Source: an uncultured Mycoplasmatota bacterium (GTDB lineage: Bacteria > Bacillota_I > Bacilli_A > RF39 > UBA660). From it: 64,000 nt of DNA. Under the pieces are notes generated by a model, which ran no database searches, had not been told where the DNA came from, and worked only from the letters and a program-made list of their open reading frames with translations. Made by a program: the position numbers and the translations under genes. Within the stretch, counting starts at the first letter, position 1. Every line of letters starts with the position of its first letter. The DNA is taken from the NCBI GenBank assembly GCA_949288035.1, contig CASEIJ010000031.1:13929-77928 (forward strand), read 5' to 3'. Of this stretch, positions 21,522 to 29,796 are shown piece by piece.

Positions 21522-22115
21522 ATGACAAATAAAACAAGACAGTATTTAAAAGAAAATTTCGATTCTAAATTATATATGAATCAACATTATATTAAAGATG
21601 AAAAAGCAATCATTCCCATTCATATTACAAATTTAGAAGAATTATATATTTCTTATGATCAAAAAAAGCAAGTTCTTCGTCCGGAGTTAATATCTTATAT
21701 AGAAGAGATTGCCTATTATGTTCCATATGATATTTCTATTGTGTTAGCATTTTCCGGTTATTCTTTTACACAAGAAGATAAAGTGAAATTAATGGAGAAT
21801 ATTACCAATCAATTTGGAATGAAAACACATGATATGGAAGTAGAACTAAATTACAATACAAAAAAAGCAATGAAATTATTTTTCATTGGTTCTATTGTAT
21901 TAGCCATTTCTTTTATGATTCGTGCGTTGCATTATATGGCTTATATTAGCGAGATATTATCAATCATTGGCACTTTTTCTATTTGGGAATTTGTCAATAC
22001 AATATGGTTTGAAAGAAAAGAAAAAAGAGTGAATAAATTGAATGCAGGTCAATTATCTGTATGTACTGTGATTTTTCAAGAAGAGGAACAAAATGAATCA
22101 GAAATTAAAAATTAA
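21522..22115 (+). CDS. Hypothetical membrane protein (upstream of metal ATPase)
   Basis: 197 aa, two C-terminal TM helices. Overlaps the start of the downstream P-type ATPase. Confidence 0.45.
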   Translation: MTNKTRQYLKENFDSKLYMNQHYIKDEKAIIPIHITNLEELYISYDQKKQVLRPELISYIEEIAYYVPYDISIVLAFSGYSFTQEDKVKLMENITNQFGMKTHDMEVELNYNTKKAMKLFFIGSIVLAISFMIRALHYMAYISEILSIIGTFSIWEFVNTIWFERKEKRVNKLNAGQLSVCTVIFQEEEQNESEIKN

Positions 22116-23955
22116 TTTGTGTCGCATTATTTTTTCACTTTTCTTATTAATCATAGTTTTATTCATTCACAACGATGGTTTTCTTTCAACTTATATATAT
22201 TTGATTGCTTATACGATAGTAGGATATGATGTTCTTTATAAAGCTATCAAACATCTGTTTACAGGACAATTATTTGATGAAAACTTTCTTATGTCTTTAG
22301 CTACTATTGGAGCACTTTTCTTAGGCGAATATTTAGAAAGTGTTATGGTAATGCTTTTATATCAAATAGGAGAATTATTTCAATCTTATGCGGTTGGAAA
22401 AAGTCGTACTTCTATTTCTTCATTAATGGATATTCGTGGTGATTATGCAAATATAGAAAAAGATGGGAAACTAGAAAAAGTAGATCCTAATGATATTCAA
22501 GTAGGAGATATGATTGTCGTAAGACCTGGTGAGAAAATTCCATTAGATGGAATTGTACAAGAAGGAGATAGTTATTTAGATACCTCTCGATTGACAGGGG
22601 AATCCGTTCCGTATCATGTGACAGTAAAGGATACTGTTTTAAGTGGGAGTGTCAATCAAAAGGGGTTACTAAAAATAGAAGTAACGAAAGAATTTGAGGA
22701 ATCTACCGCATCAAAAATATTAGACTTAGTAGAGAATGCAAGTAGTAGTAAAACTAAAACAGAAAATTTTATCACAAAATTTTCTCGATATTATACGCCA
22801 ATTGTTGTAATAAGTGCTTTATTACTAGCAACAATCCCACCTTTACTATTCCCTGGTTTGACATTTCAAGCATGTTTATCGAGAGCTTTTACCTTTCTTG
22901 TGATTTCGTGTCCATGTGCACTTGTTATATCGGTTCCTCTTGGTTTTTTTGGAGGTATAGGTGGTGCTTCTAGACGCGGGATTTTATTAAAGGGAAGTAA
23001 TTATTTAGAAGTGCTTTCGAGAGTAAAAACGATTGTTTTTGATAAAACTGGGACACTTACAAAAGGGACCTTTCAAGTGACAAAGGTTGTTACTAATCAT
23101 GTTTTAGAAAATGAGTTGTTAAAAAGGGCAGCAGAAGCAGAGTTATATTCTAATCATCCGATTGCAATTTCGATTAAAGAAAAATATGCTCATACCATTG
23201 ATCAAAACAATGTCCAACAAATTGAAGAGGTATCTGGTAAAGGGGTTCATGTTCGTGTTTTAAATGAAGATATTTATGCAGGAAACTACCAATATATGCA
23301 AGATTTAAATATGCATGTTCCAGAAGTTTTTGAAGGAACTGTTGTTTATGTTGTAAAAGGAAAAGTGTATTTAGGGTATGTTGTGATTTCTGATGAGATA
23401 AAGGAAAATGCGAAAGAGGCATTGGATGATTTAAAAAATCAACAAATTCATCAAATGGTTATGTTAACAGGTGATTCAGAAACGGTTGCGAAAAAAGTTG
23501 CAGAGAAGTTACCAATTGATTGTTATTATGCTTCTTTACTTCCACAAGATAAATTAGTTCATATTGAGTCAATGATGAAGGATGATCGTACTGGTGCGTT
23601 AGCGTTCGTAGGTGATGGTATGAATGATGCTCCCGTATTAGTAAGAGCAGATGTTGGAATTGCCATGGGCGGACTTGGCAGTGATGCTGCCATTGAAGCG
23701 GCGGATGTAGTGATTATGGATGATGATTTAAGTAAAATTGGCGAAGTAATTCGAATTTCTAAAAAAACGCTTCGTATTGTAAAACAAAATATTATCTTTG
23801 CCATTGCAATTAAAATATTCTTTTTGTTATTAGGAACTTTTGGCTTTGCTAATATGTTAGAAGCTGTTTTTGCTGATGTTGGAGTATCTGTACTAGCAAT
23901 TTTAAATTCTATGAGAACATTAAAAGTGAATCATAAAAAGAAAATGGATATTTGA
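22093..23955 (+). CDS. Heavy-metal translocating P1B-type ATPase (Zn/Cd-type, no N-terminal HMA)
   Basis: TM 'CPC', 'DKTGTLT', 'HP' motif 'SNHPIA', 'GDGMNDAP'. Confidence 0.75.
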   Translation: MNQKLKINLCRIIFSLFLLIIVLFIHNDGFLSTYIYLIAYTIVGYDVLYKAIKHLFTGQLFDENFLMSLATIGALFLGEYLESVMVMLLYQIGELFQSYAVGKSRTSISSLMDIRGDYANIEKDGKLEKVDPNDIQVGDMIVVRPGEKIPLDGIVQEGDSYLDTSRLTGESVPYHVTVKDTVLSGSVNQKGLLKIEVTKEFEESTASKILDLVENASSSKTKTENFITKFSRYYTPIVVISALLLATIPPLLFPGLTFQACLSRAFTFLVISCPCALVISVPLGFFGGIGGASRRGILLKGSNYLEVLSRVKTIVFDKTGTLTKGTFQVTKVVTNHVLENELLKRAAEAELYSNHPIAISIKEKYAHTIDQNNVQQIEEVSGKGVHVRVLNEDIYAGNYQYMQDLNMHVPEVFEGTVVYVVKGKVYLGYVVISDEIKENAKEALDDLKNQQIHQMVMLTGDSETVAKKVAEKLPIDCYYASLLPQDKLVHIESMMKDDRTGALAFVGDGMNDAPVLVRADVGIAMGGLGSDAAIEAADVVIMDDDLSKIGEVIRISKKTLRIVKQNIIFAIAIKIFFLLLGTFGFANMLEAVFADVGVSVLAILNSMRTLKVNHKKKMDI

Positions 23956-24013
23956 TCCCATTTTCTTTTTTTGTGATTTTTGTGATATAATCATATCGTT
24001 TGGAGTGGATGAT

Positions 24014-24835
24014 ATGAATCGAAAAGAACAAATTGAACATAGTATTATTACAAAATATCGTAAGAAAATATGGAGCCCATTTATGAAAGCGATTCGTGAT
24101 TTTGAACTTGTACAAGAAGGAGATAAGATTGCTGTATGTATTAGTGGAGGGAAAGATTCTATGTTACTTGCAAAATGCTTGGAGGAATTGCAAAAACATG
24201 GAAAGGTTTCATTTGATCTTGTTTATCTTGTGATGGATCCTGGATACCAGGAAAAAAATCTCAACCAGATTAAAAAGAATTTAGAAATACTTGGTATACC
24301 TGCTACGATTTTTCAAAATAATATTTTTCAAGTAGCTGATTCTTCTAGTAAAAAACGAAATGATAATCCGTGTTATTTATGTGCTAGAATGAGAAGAGGA
24401 GCTCTTTACGATAAAGCAAAATCATTAGGGTGTAATAAAATCGCACTTGGCCATCATATGAATGATGTAATAGAAACTGTATTATTGAATTTAATATGGA
24501 ATGGGCAAATATCTAGTATGATGCCTAAGTTACATAGCGATCATTTTGAAGGAATGGAATTAATTCGTCCACTTTACTATGTAAAAGAAAATTATATTAA
24601 ATCATGGGCAAGAAATAATGACTTAACATTTATTGATTGTGCTTGTTCTGTTACAAAAAAAGGAGATGGAAAGCGAATTGTTGTAAAACAATTAGTAGAA
24701 AAATTATGTGAGATTCATGAAGATGCGGATTTGAATCTTTTAACAGCAACCAAAAATGTGAATTTAAATACATTACTAGGATATAAAATAAGAAATGAGA
24801 TACATTCTTTTATGGAAGAATATGACAAAAAATAA
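24014..24835 (+). CDS. PP-loop ATPase, TtcA-like tRNA 2-thiocytidine synthetase family
   Basis: PP-loop 'CISGGKDS'. CxxC pair 'CYLCARM'. Confidence 0.6.
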   Translation: MNRKEQIEHSIITKYRKKIWSPFMKAIRDFELVQEGDKIAVCISGGKDSMLLAKCLEELQKHGKVSFDLVYLVMDPGYQEKNLNQIKKNLEILGIPATIFQNNIFQVADSSSKKRNDNPCYLCARMRRGALYDKAKSLGCNKIALGHHMNDVIETVLLNLIWNGQISSMMPKLHSDHFEGMELIRPLYYVKENYIKSWARNNDLTFIDCACSVTKKGDGKRIVVKQLVEKLCEIHEDADLNLLTATKNVNLNTLLGYKIRNEIHSFMEEYDKK

Positions 24836-25114
24836 TAATTATGTGAAAGCATGTGAAATCTATAAATCATATGAGAATGACTTTAAAAAAATAGGAAAGT
24901 ATGATATAATGAAATTGTCTAAAGGATAGGACCGATTTTAGAAAAACCTACTAAAGTAATGATTGGGAATCTAATTGGTAAATGGTGTTGAATACTTAAA
25001 TTTTGATTTAAGGATCCTAAAGTTTATCATGTGATGCCCACCTGGGAGATCAGGTTTTTGATCATTAGAGGTTCCCTTTGGACTTTTTTTATAAAGTTGA
25101 TAGGAGGCTTTTTT

Positions 25115-25474
25115 TTGAGTACGAAATTATGTAAAAATTGTGCTTCTAAAATCCCTGTGAATGCTCATCTTTGTCCATATTGCGGTTCTAAGGTAGATCA
25201 GGCCAATAAAATCGTTGATGAGGTAAAAGAAACAGAAGATAAGCAAGATTGGAGAGAAAATATTTTTGGATTTCAAAAAAGAGGCCCGTTTTATAAATGG
25301 ATTACCTTATTACTTGCTATATTCTTAGGTTGGTTAGGAATTCATAAATTTTATGAAAGAAAATTTTATATGGGACTTTTATATATGGTTACGGGTGGTT
25401 TTTGTGGCATCGGAGTTATATTGGATATATTGACTTTACTTGGAAAACCTAAAGTATACTATAATTATTATTAG
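25115..25474 (+). CDS. Zinc-ribbon plus TM2 domain membrane protein
   Basis: 'CKNCASKIP...CPYCGSK' zinc ribbon. TM2 signature 'LGWLGIHKFYERKFYMGLLYMVTGGFCGIG'. Putative TTG start after 'taggagg'. The frame is open back to GTG 25031, so the start is uncertain. Confidence 0.55.
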   Translation: MSTKLCKNCASKIPVNAHLCPYCGSKVDQANKIVDEVKETEDKQDWRENIFGFQKRGPFYKWITLLLAIFLGWLGIHKFYERKFYMGLLYMVTGGFCGIGVILDILTLLGKPKVYYNYY

Positions 25475-25589
25475 AACATGTAAGTGTTCTTTTTTTATGT
25501 TGTCAAGTTTTGTCATGATAGAAAGAAAGTGATATGTTTCTAATAAAAGTATGATATACTAAAAAAAATAGATAGTATGGTGAATTGAA

Positions 25590-26423
25590 ATGGAATATAA
25601 CTATGTAATCAACCAAGATATCGATGGAACGGATGTAACTTTAAGAAAATTACAGTTAGTATTATTGTCTATGTTGAAAGATATTGATAAAATATGTAAA
25701 AAACATCATATTAATTATCTTTTATTTTCTGGAAGTGTATTAGGAGCTATTCGTCATCACGGTTTTATACCATGGGATGATGATTTAGATATTGCGATTC
25801 ATCGTGATCAGTATACGCAATTATTGAAAGCCTTACAGGAAGATTTACCAGAAAAATATGCTGTTCAATGCTTTGATTTAGATGAACGTTATTTAGTTCC
25901 ATTTCCTGCTATGAAGATTCGATTAAAAAATACATATGTAGAAGAAGAAAATACCCTTTTAAAAAATAAATGTACAGATTGCAATGGTGTATTTATTGAT
26001 GTGTTTTTATTGAATTACGTATCAGAAGATAAAAAAATAGATTATCACTGGAGAATAAAAAACACTTGCCTTGCGACAGTGATTACAACATTAGAAAATA
26101 TGAATCAAAATCCTATTTCATTAAAAAAACAATTTTTACAGAATGCAATTGATTATGGAAATCAAAATCGTGATAGTAAATTAATCGGAGATGAAATTAC
26201 TTGGATTTATAACCCTCCAAGCAAACCATATGTTTATTACTATGATGATATTTTTCCTACTAAGCTGTACCAATTTGAAGATGGTATGTTTCCTGTTCCT
26301 AATCATCCAGAGGCATTCTTAAAAGCGCATTATGGAGAGCATTACATGGAATATCCAAAAGAAGATAAAAGAGAACCAAAACATATGAAATATGTTAGTT
26401 TGTTATCCGATCATAAAGTTTAA
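25590..26423 (+). CDS. LicD family (phospho)choline/ribitol-phosphate transferase
   Basis: 'LLFSGSVLGAIRHHGFIPWDDDLDIAI' LicD nucleotidyltransferase DxD motif. Confidence 0.7.
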   Translation: MEYNYVINQDIDGTDVTLRKLQLVLLSMLKDIDKICKKHHINYLLFSGSVLGAIRHHGFIPWDDDLDIAIHRDQYTQLLKALQEDLPEKYAVQCFDLDERYLVPFPAMKIRLKNTYVEEENTLLKNKCTDCNGVFIDVFLLNYVSEDKKIDYHWRIKNTCLATVITTLENMNQNPISLKKQFLQNAIDYGNQNRDSKLIGDEITWIYNPPSKPYVYYYDDIFPTKLYQFEDGMFPVPNHPEAFLKAHYGEHYMEYPKEDKREPKHMKYVSLLSDHKV

Positions 26424-26479
26424 ATCAATTTCTCAAGTAGTATAAAATGTTTTCATTGTAAACCAAGTGAGATTAGATA

Positions 26480-26928
26480 ATCATATGAGAAATTATTAAG
26501 ATGTTAGCAATGAGTGATCAAAAAATCCTGCTGGAGAAAAGATGTATCAATGGAGAGGAAAGACAGGTTTAATTAATGAAAGTGATTTATTACGTGCAAC
26601 AACCTATAAAGAATGTACATCCGCAACGGCGAGTTTTATGGATTTCTATAACAGGACTGCTTTAGAACTTTGTAATTCTTAATTATATACATTAGATGAT
26701 TCATATTGGGCAAGAACATATTGGACAATGAATCCGGTAGAATTGTTGAATGGTGATACTGCTGATACGAGAAATGTAGCTTTAGCCTCAAAGTTAGAGT
26801 ATATAGCGTATACGGAGATAGGTCCATCATCATCTGCTGAATCTGTAAGGCCAGTCTTGTTCTTAAAATATTCCATTCAAGTAACAATCGGAACTGGAAC
26901 TCAGTTAGATCCTTATATGATACAATAA
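26480..26928 (+). pseudogene. Frame-disrupted gene remnant (unknown surface-protein-like C-terminus)
   Basis: Two consecutive + strand reading frames: 'MYQWRGKTGLINESDLL...CNS*', then a shifted frame 'YWTMNPVELLNGDTADTRNV...TGTQLDPYMIQ*'. No start/RBS for the second frame. It sits against the IS left end. Confidence 0.3.
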
Positions 26929-26960
26929 AAGTGTTTATCAAATGGAGTATCCATTTTGAT

Positions 26961-28496
26961 ACTTCAGTTCTAAGGAGTGAAAATTAATTTTTACTCCTTT
27001 TATGTCAAAAAATAGAGAAGAAAAAAACTTTTTCGCAAAATTAGAATTATTGAAAAAAGCAAAACCAACAAAAAAAGATTCTGTAAACTCCCCAAAAAAC
27101 CAGAATTAGTATTTATTATTAGAAAAAAATGTTATATAATAAAAGTGTCGAACCTTAATTGAAAATTACGATTAAGAGAGACATTAATATGTGAGGAAAT
27201 AAGTTCGTTTAGTATGGCGAAACTTATTTCTTTTATTTTGCCTTGAAAAGGTTTTACTAAAGTAGATCCTAGATCTAATAATTGACGAATTGTATGAGCA
27301 AATTGAGTAAAGAAGTAATGCGCTTTCATAGCATTATAATTCAGTGAACACATATGAGAAATGTTAAATAAAATATTTTTTTGATTGTTGAAACCATTGT
27401 TTTCTATTTTCCATCTCTGTCGTCCCATCATAATTAAAGTTTTAACATTATTGTTTGTAACAGATAAACTAGTTGTAAAAGTAAATATTTTATCTTTTTT
27501 ACACTTTATATGTTCCACAAATCGAATGATATTAAATTTGTATTGATTGTATTGGTAATCATTCACAACGAAATAACCTTTATGATTAGAACCAGAGTTA
27601 ATTGAAATCAAACCATCAAAATCTTGATTGACTGTTTTTAATTTATCAGATTTCAAACGAAACATATAATCCCAATTGTTATTTAAACAAAGTTTGATAA
27701 AAGGACCAGAAGCATATAAAGCATCTCCAGTTATAATGAAAGAAAGTTTTGGGAAATTTTTCTTAAGTCTTACAGCCATTCTTTTGAAAGCCTTCATTTC
27801 ACAATCTTGCTTTTTAAGATTTACCACATTCGGATTTGGATTTTCAATAAATTCAGAATCAATGCTTAAAACAAAAGAACCAAAAATAAGTTTTGCTTCT
27901 AAAACTTGATGTTCATAGGAAAAATGACCATCCGAATGTTTTCTTACTAAACAGTGATCACAATGTTTTTGTTTGAAAAAAACTAATCCAGTGCCATCAA
28001 TTAGAAGTTGAAATTTACCATGATATCTAAATTTATCGAACATTTTAGATCGAATTAGAGTGTAAACAATATATTTTTGAATTTTACGAAGTTCTTCAAT
28101 GTTTAAATCATCAAAGACATCATTGATTGTATCGTAATGAGGAAGGTCATCAATTTTAGAATTCGTTATTTTTGCCAATGTTTCAATTGTTAATTCGTTG
28201 TTTAATTTGTTTGTCAAAGAATTCATGGTAGTAATACCACATAGAAGAGCAAATAACCGAGTAATACAAATTACTTTTATATCATAAGTAATTTTTCCCT
28301 ATTGTCGAATATCTGTTAAGTTTTCAAACATAATAAATAATTTTGGTAAATATTTATCTATGATATTATATAGATCACAAACTAATGATTTATCTTTTTT
28401 TAATTCTCTTTTTTCTTTTCTTGTCATACAATCAACCACCTTTTATATATTATATCAGATATTTGATTGCGAAAAAGTTTCACTCCTTAGAGCTGT
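26961..28496 (-). mobile_element. Insertion sequence (IS4/IS5-like DDE family) with 18-bp terminal inverted repeats
   Basis: Left end 'cagttctaaggagtgaaa' (26965-26982) is the reverse complement of right end 'tttcactccttagaGctg' (28479-28496) with 1 mismatch. Encloses the transposase frame. Confidence 0.75.
27132..28226 (-). CDS. DDE transposase (reading frame extends upstream to 28427 through an in-frame TAG)
   Basis: 'RWKIENNGF' motif typical of IS4/IS5-type DDE transposases. Upstream in the same frame, 'MTRKEKRELKKDKSLVCDLYNIIDKYLPKLFIMFENLTDIRQ' then TAG (28299-28301), then 'GKITYDIKVICITRLFALLCGITT' before this ATG. Confidence 0.7.
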   Translation of the reverse strand: MNSLTNKLNNELTIETLAKITNSKIDDLPHYDTINDVFDDLNIEELRKIQKYIVYTLIRSKMFDKFRYHGKFQLLIDGTGLVFFKQKHCDHCLVRKHSDGHFSYEHQVLEAKLIFGSFVLSIDSEFIENPNPNVVNLKKQDCEMKAFKRMAVRLKKNFPKLSFIITGDALYASGPFIKLCLNNNWDYMFRLKSDKLKTVNQDFDGLISINSGSNHKGYFVVNDYQYNQYKFNIIRFVEHIKCKKDKIFTFTTSLSVTNNNVKTLIMMGRQRWKIENNGFNNQKNILFNISHMCSLNYNAMKAHYFFTQFAHTIRQLLDLGSTLVKPFQGKIKEISFAILNELISSHINVSLNRNFQLRFDTFII

Positions 28497-28547
28497 TGAT
28501 ACTTCTTTTTCTTTGGTAAAATAACTTGTTTATGTTATAATAAAATA

Positions 28548-29252
28548 GTGGTGGATCGTATGAAAGAATTAACAAGGTTATCTTATTTAATTGAAAATGG
28601 AGTAGATAAATTAAAGCATAAAACAGTTCTTGTTTTAGGCCTTGGTGGAGTAGGTGGATATGTTGTGGAAGCACTTGTAAGAAGTGGGATTGGACATATT
28701 ATTTTAGTTGATTATGATCAAGTAGATATTACGAATATAAATCGTCAATTGATTGCTTTACAAGAAACAGTTGGGATTAATAAAACAGATGTTTGGGAAA
28801 GTCGGATTCAAAAAATACTACCTAGTTGTCAGGTGACAAAGATTACAGAAAAGATAACAATTGATAATATAGATATGTTATTTGATCATTCTATAGATTT
28901 TATCGTAGATGCCTGTGATACGATTACAGTTAAATGTTTATTAATTAAGAAATGTTTAGAAAAACACATTCCTTTTATCTCATCGATGGGAACTGCTAAT
29001 AAGTTAGATCCTACTAAGTTAGAAATAATAGATATTAGGAAAACAAGTTATGATCCTATCGCAAAAATGATTCGTAATTATGTCAAAAAAGAACATTTAA
29101 AGGGAAAGATTCCAGTTGTGTGTAGTAAGGAATCACCTATGAAGTTAGATGGTAAATTAGGAACGATTGTGACTGTTCCAGCTGTATGTGGTTTTTTACT
29201 TGCGCATTATACTTTGAATCAATTGTTAGAGGAGAATACTTATGATTTATGA
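28548..29252 (+). CDS. tcdA: tRNA threonylcarbamoyladenosine dehydratase (ThiF/MoeB-like E1 fold, TcdA/CsdL family)
   Basis: Rossmann 'VLVLGLGGVGGYVVEALVRSGIG', 234 aa. Matches TcdA size and layout. Confidence 0.65.
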   Translation: MVDRMKELTRLSYLIENGVDKLKHKTVLVLGLGGVGGYVVEALVRSGIGHIILVDYDQVDITNINRQLIALQETVGINKTDVWESRIQKILPSCQVTKITEKITIDNIDMLFDHSIDFIVDACDTITVKCLLIKKCLEKHIPFISSMGTANKLDPTKLEIIDIRKTSYDPIAKMIRNYVKKEHLKGKIPVVCSKESPMKLDGKLGTIVTVPAVCGFLLAHYTLNQLLEENTYDL

Positions 29253-29784
29253 GAAGAAGATAAATGATATCGCCAAACATTTAAAAGGTAGTATTATGGC
29301 CATTGGGATAGACTCTCAAAAAGTGATAGAAACTTTAGAAAATAATTCAGATATAGTAGAATGTGGGCTATTGGATTGTTTTGATACGATGCCAATTGAT
29401 GGCAAAAAACAAAAGAATAAAAAGATACCACTTAAAAAGTTACGTAAAAAGGTTGGTAAGAAACGCTTAGATACAATTCTTTGTCGGATTTGTAGTATTG
29501 ATGGTTATTGGCGTTATTTTATTCGTGATAGTATTTATATGACCAAAGACGAGATTATATATTATGGGAAAAAAGAGGAATTATCTTTAGAGAAAGAGGA
29601 GTTTCAAAAACGTTATCAACGTTATCGAAATGTGAAAATCACTTTTCATGAGGATCATGAAGGTATAATCATAAAAGTAAAGGTAAATGGTGCGAAAAGA
29701 CATATTATTCTCGATAAATTTTATTTTATTCGTGATTCTCTTCATCAAGGAGTGCAATTACTTGGTGATTATTTAGTACAGTAA
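29242..29784 (+). CDS. Hypothetical protein
   Basis: 180-aa ORF overlapping the tcdA stop. Lys-rich central segment. No motif recognised. Confidence 0.4.
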   Translation: MIYEKKINDIAKHLKGSIMAIGIDSQKVIETLENNSDIVECGLLDCFDTMPIDGKKQKNKKIPLKKLRKKVGKKRLDTILCRICSIDGYWRYFIRDSIYMTKDEIIYYGKKEELSLEKEEFQKRYQRYRNVKITFHEDHEGIIIKVKVNGAKRHIILDKFYFIRDSLHQGVQLLGDYLVQ

Positions 29785-29796
29785 GGTTGTGATAAC

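Noticed and set aside
26636-26941. Minus-strand ORFs 26636-26941 and 26679-26876
   Set aside because: They overlap the plus-strand remnant frames and lack RBS or start context. They are likely artefacts of the degraded region.
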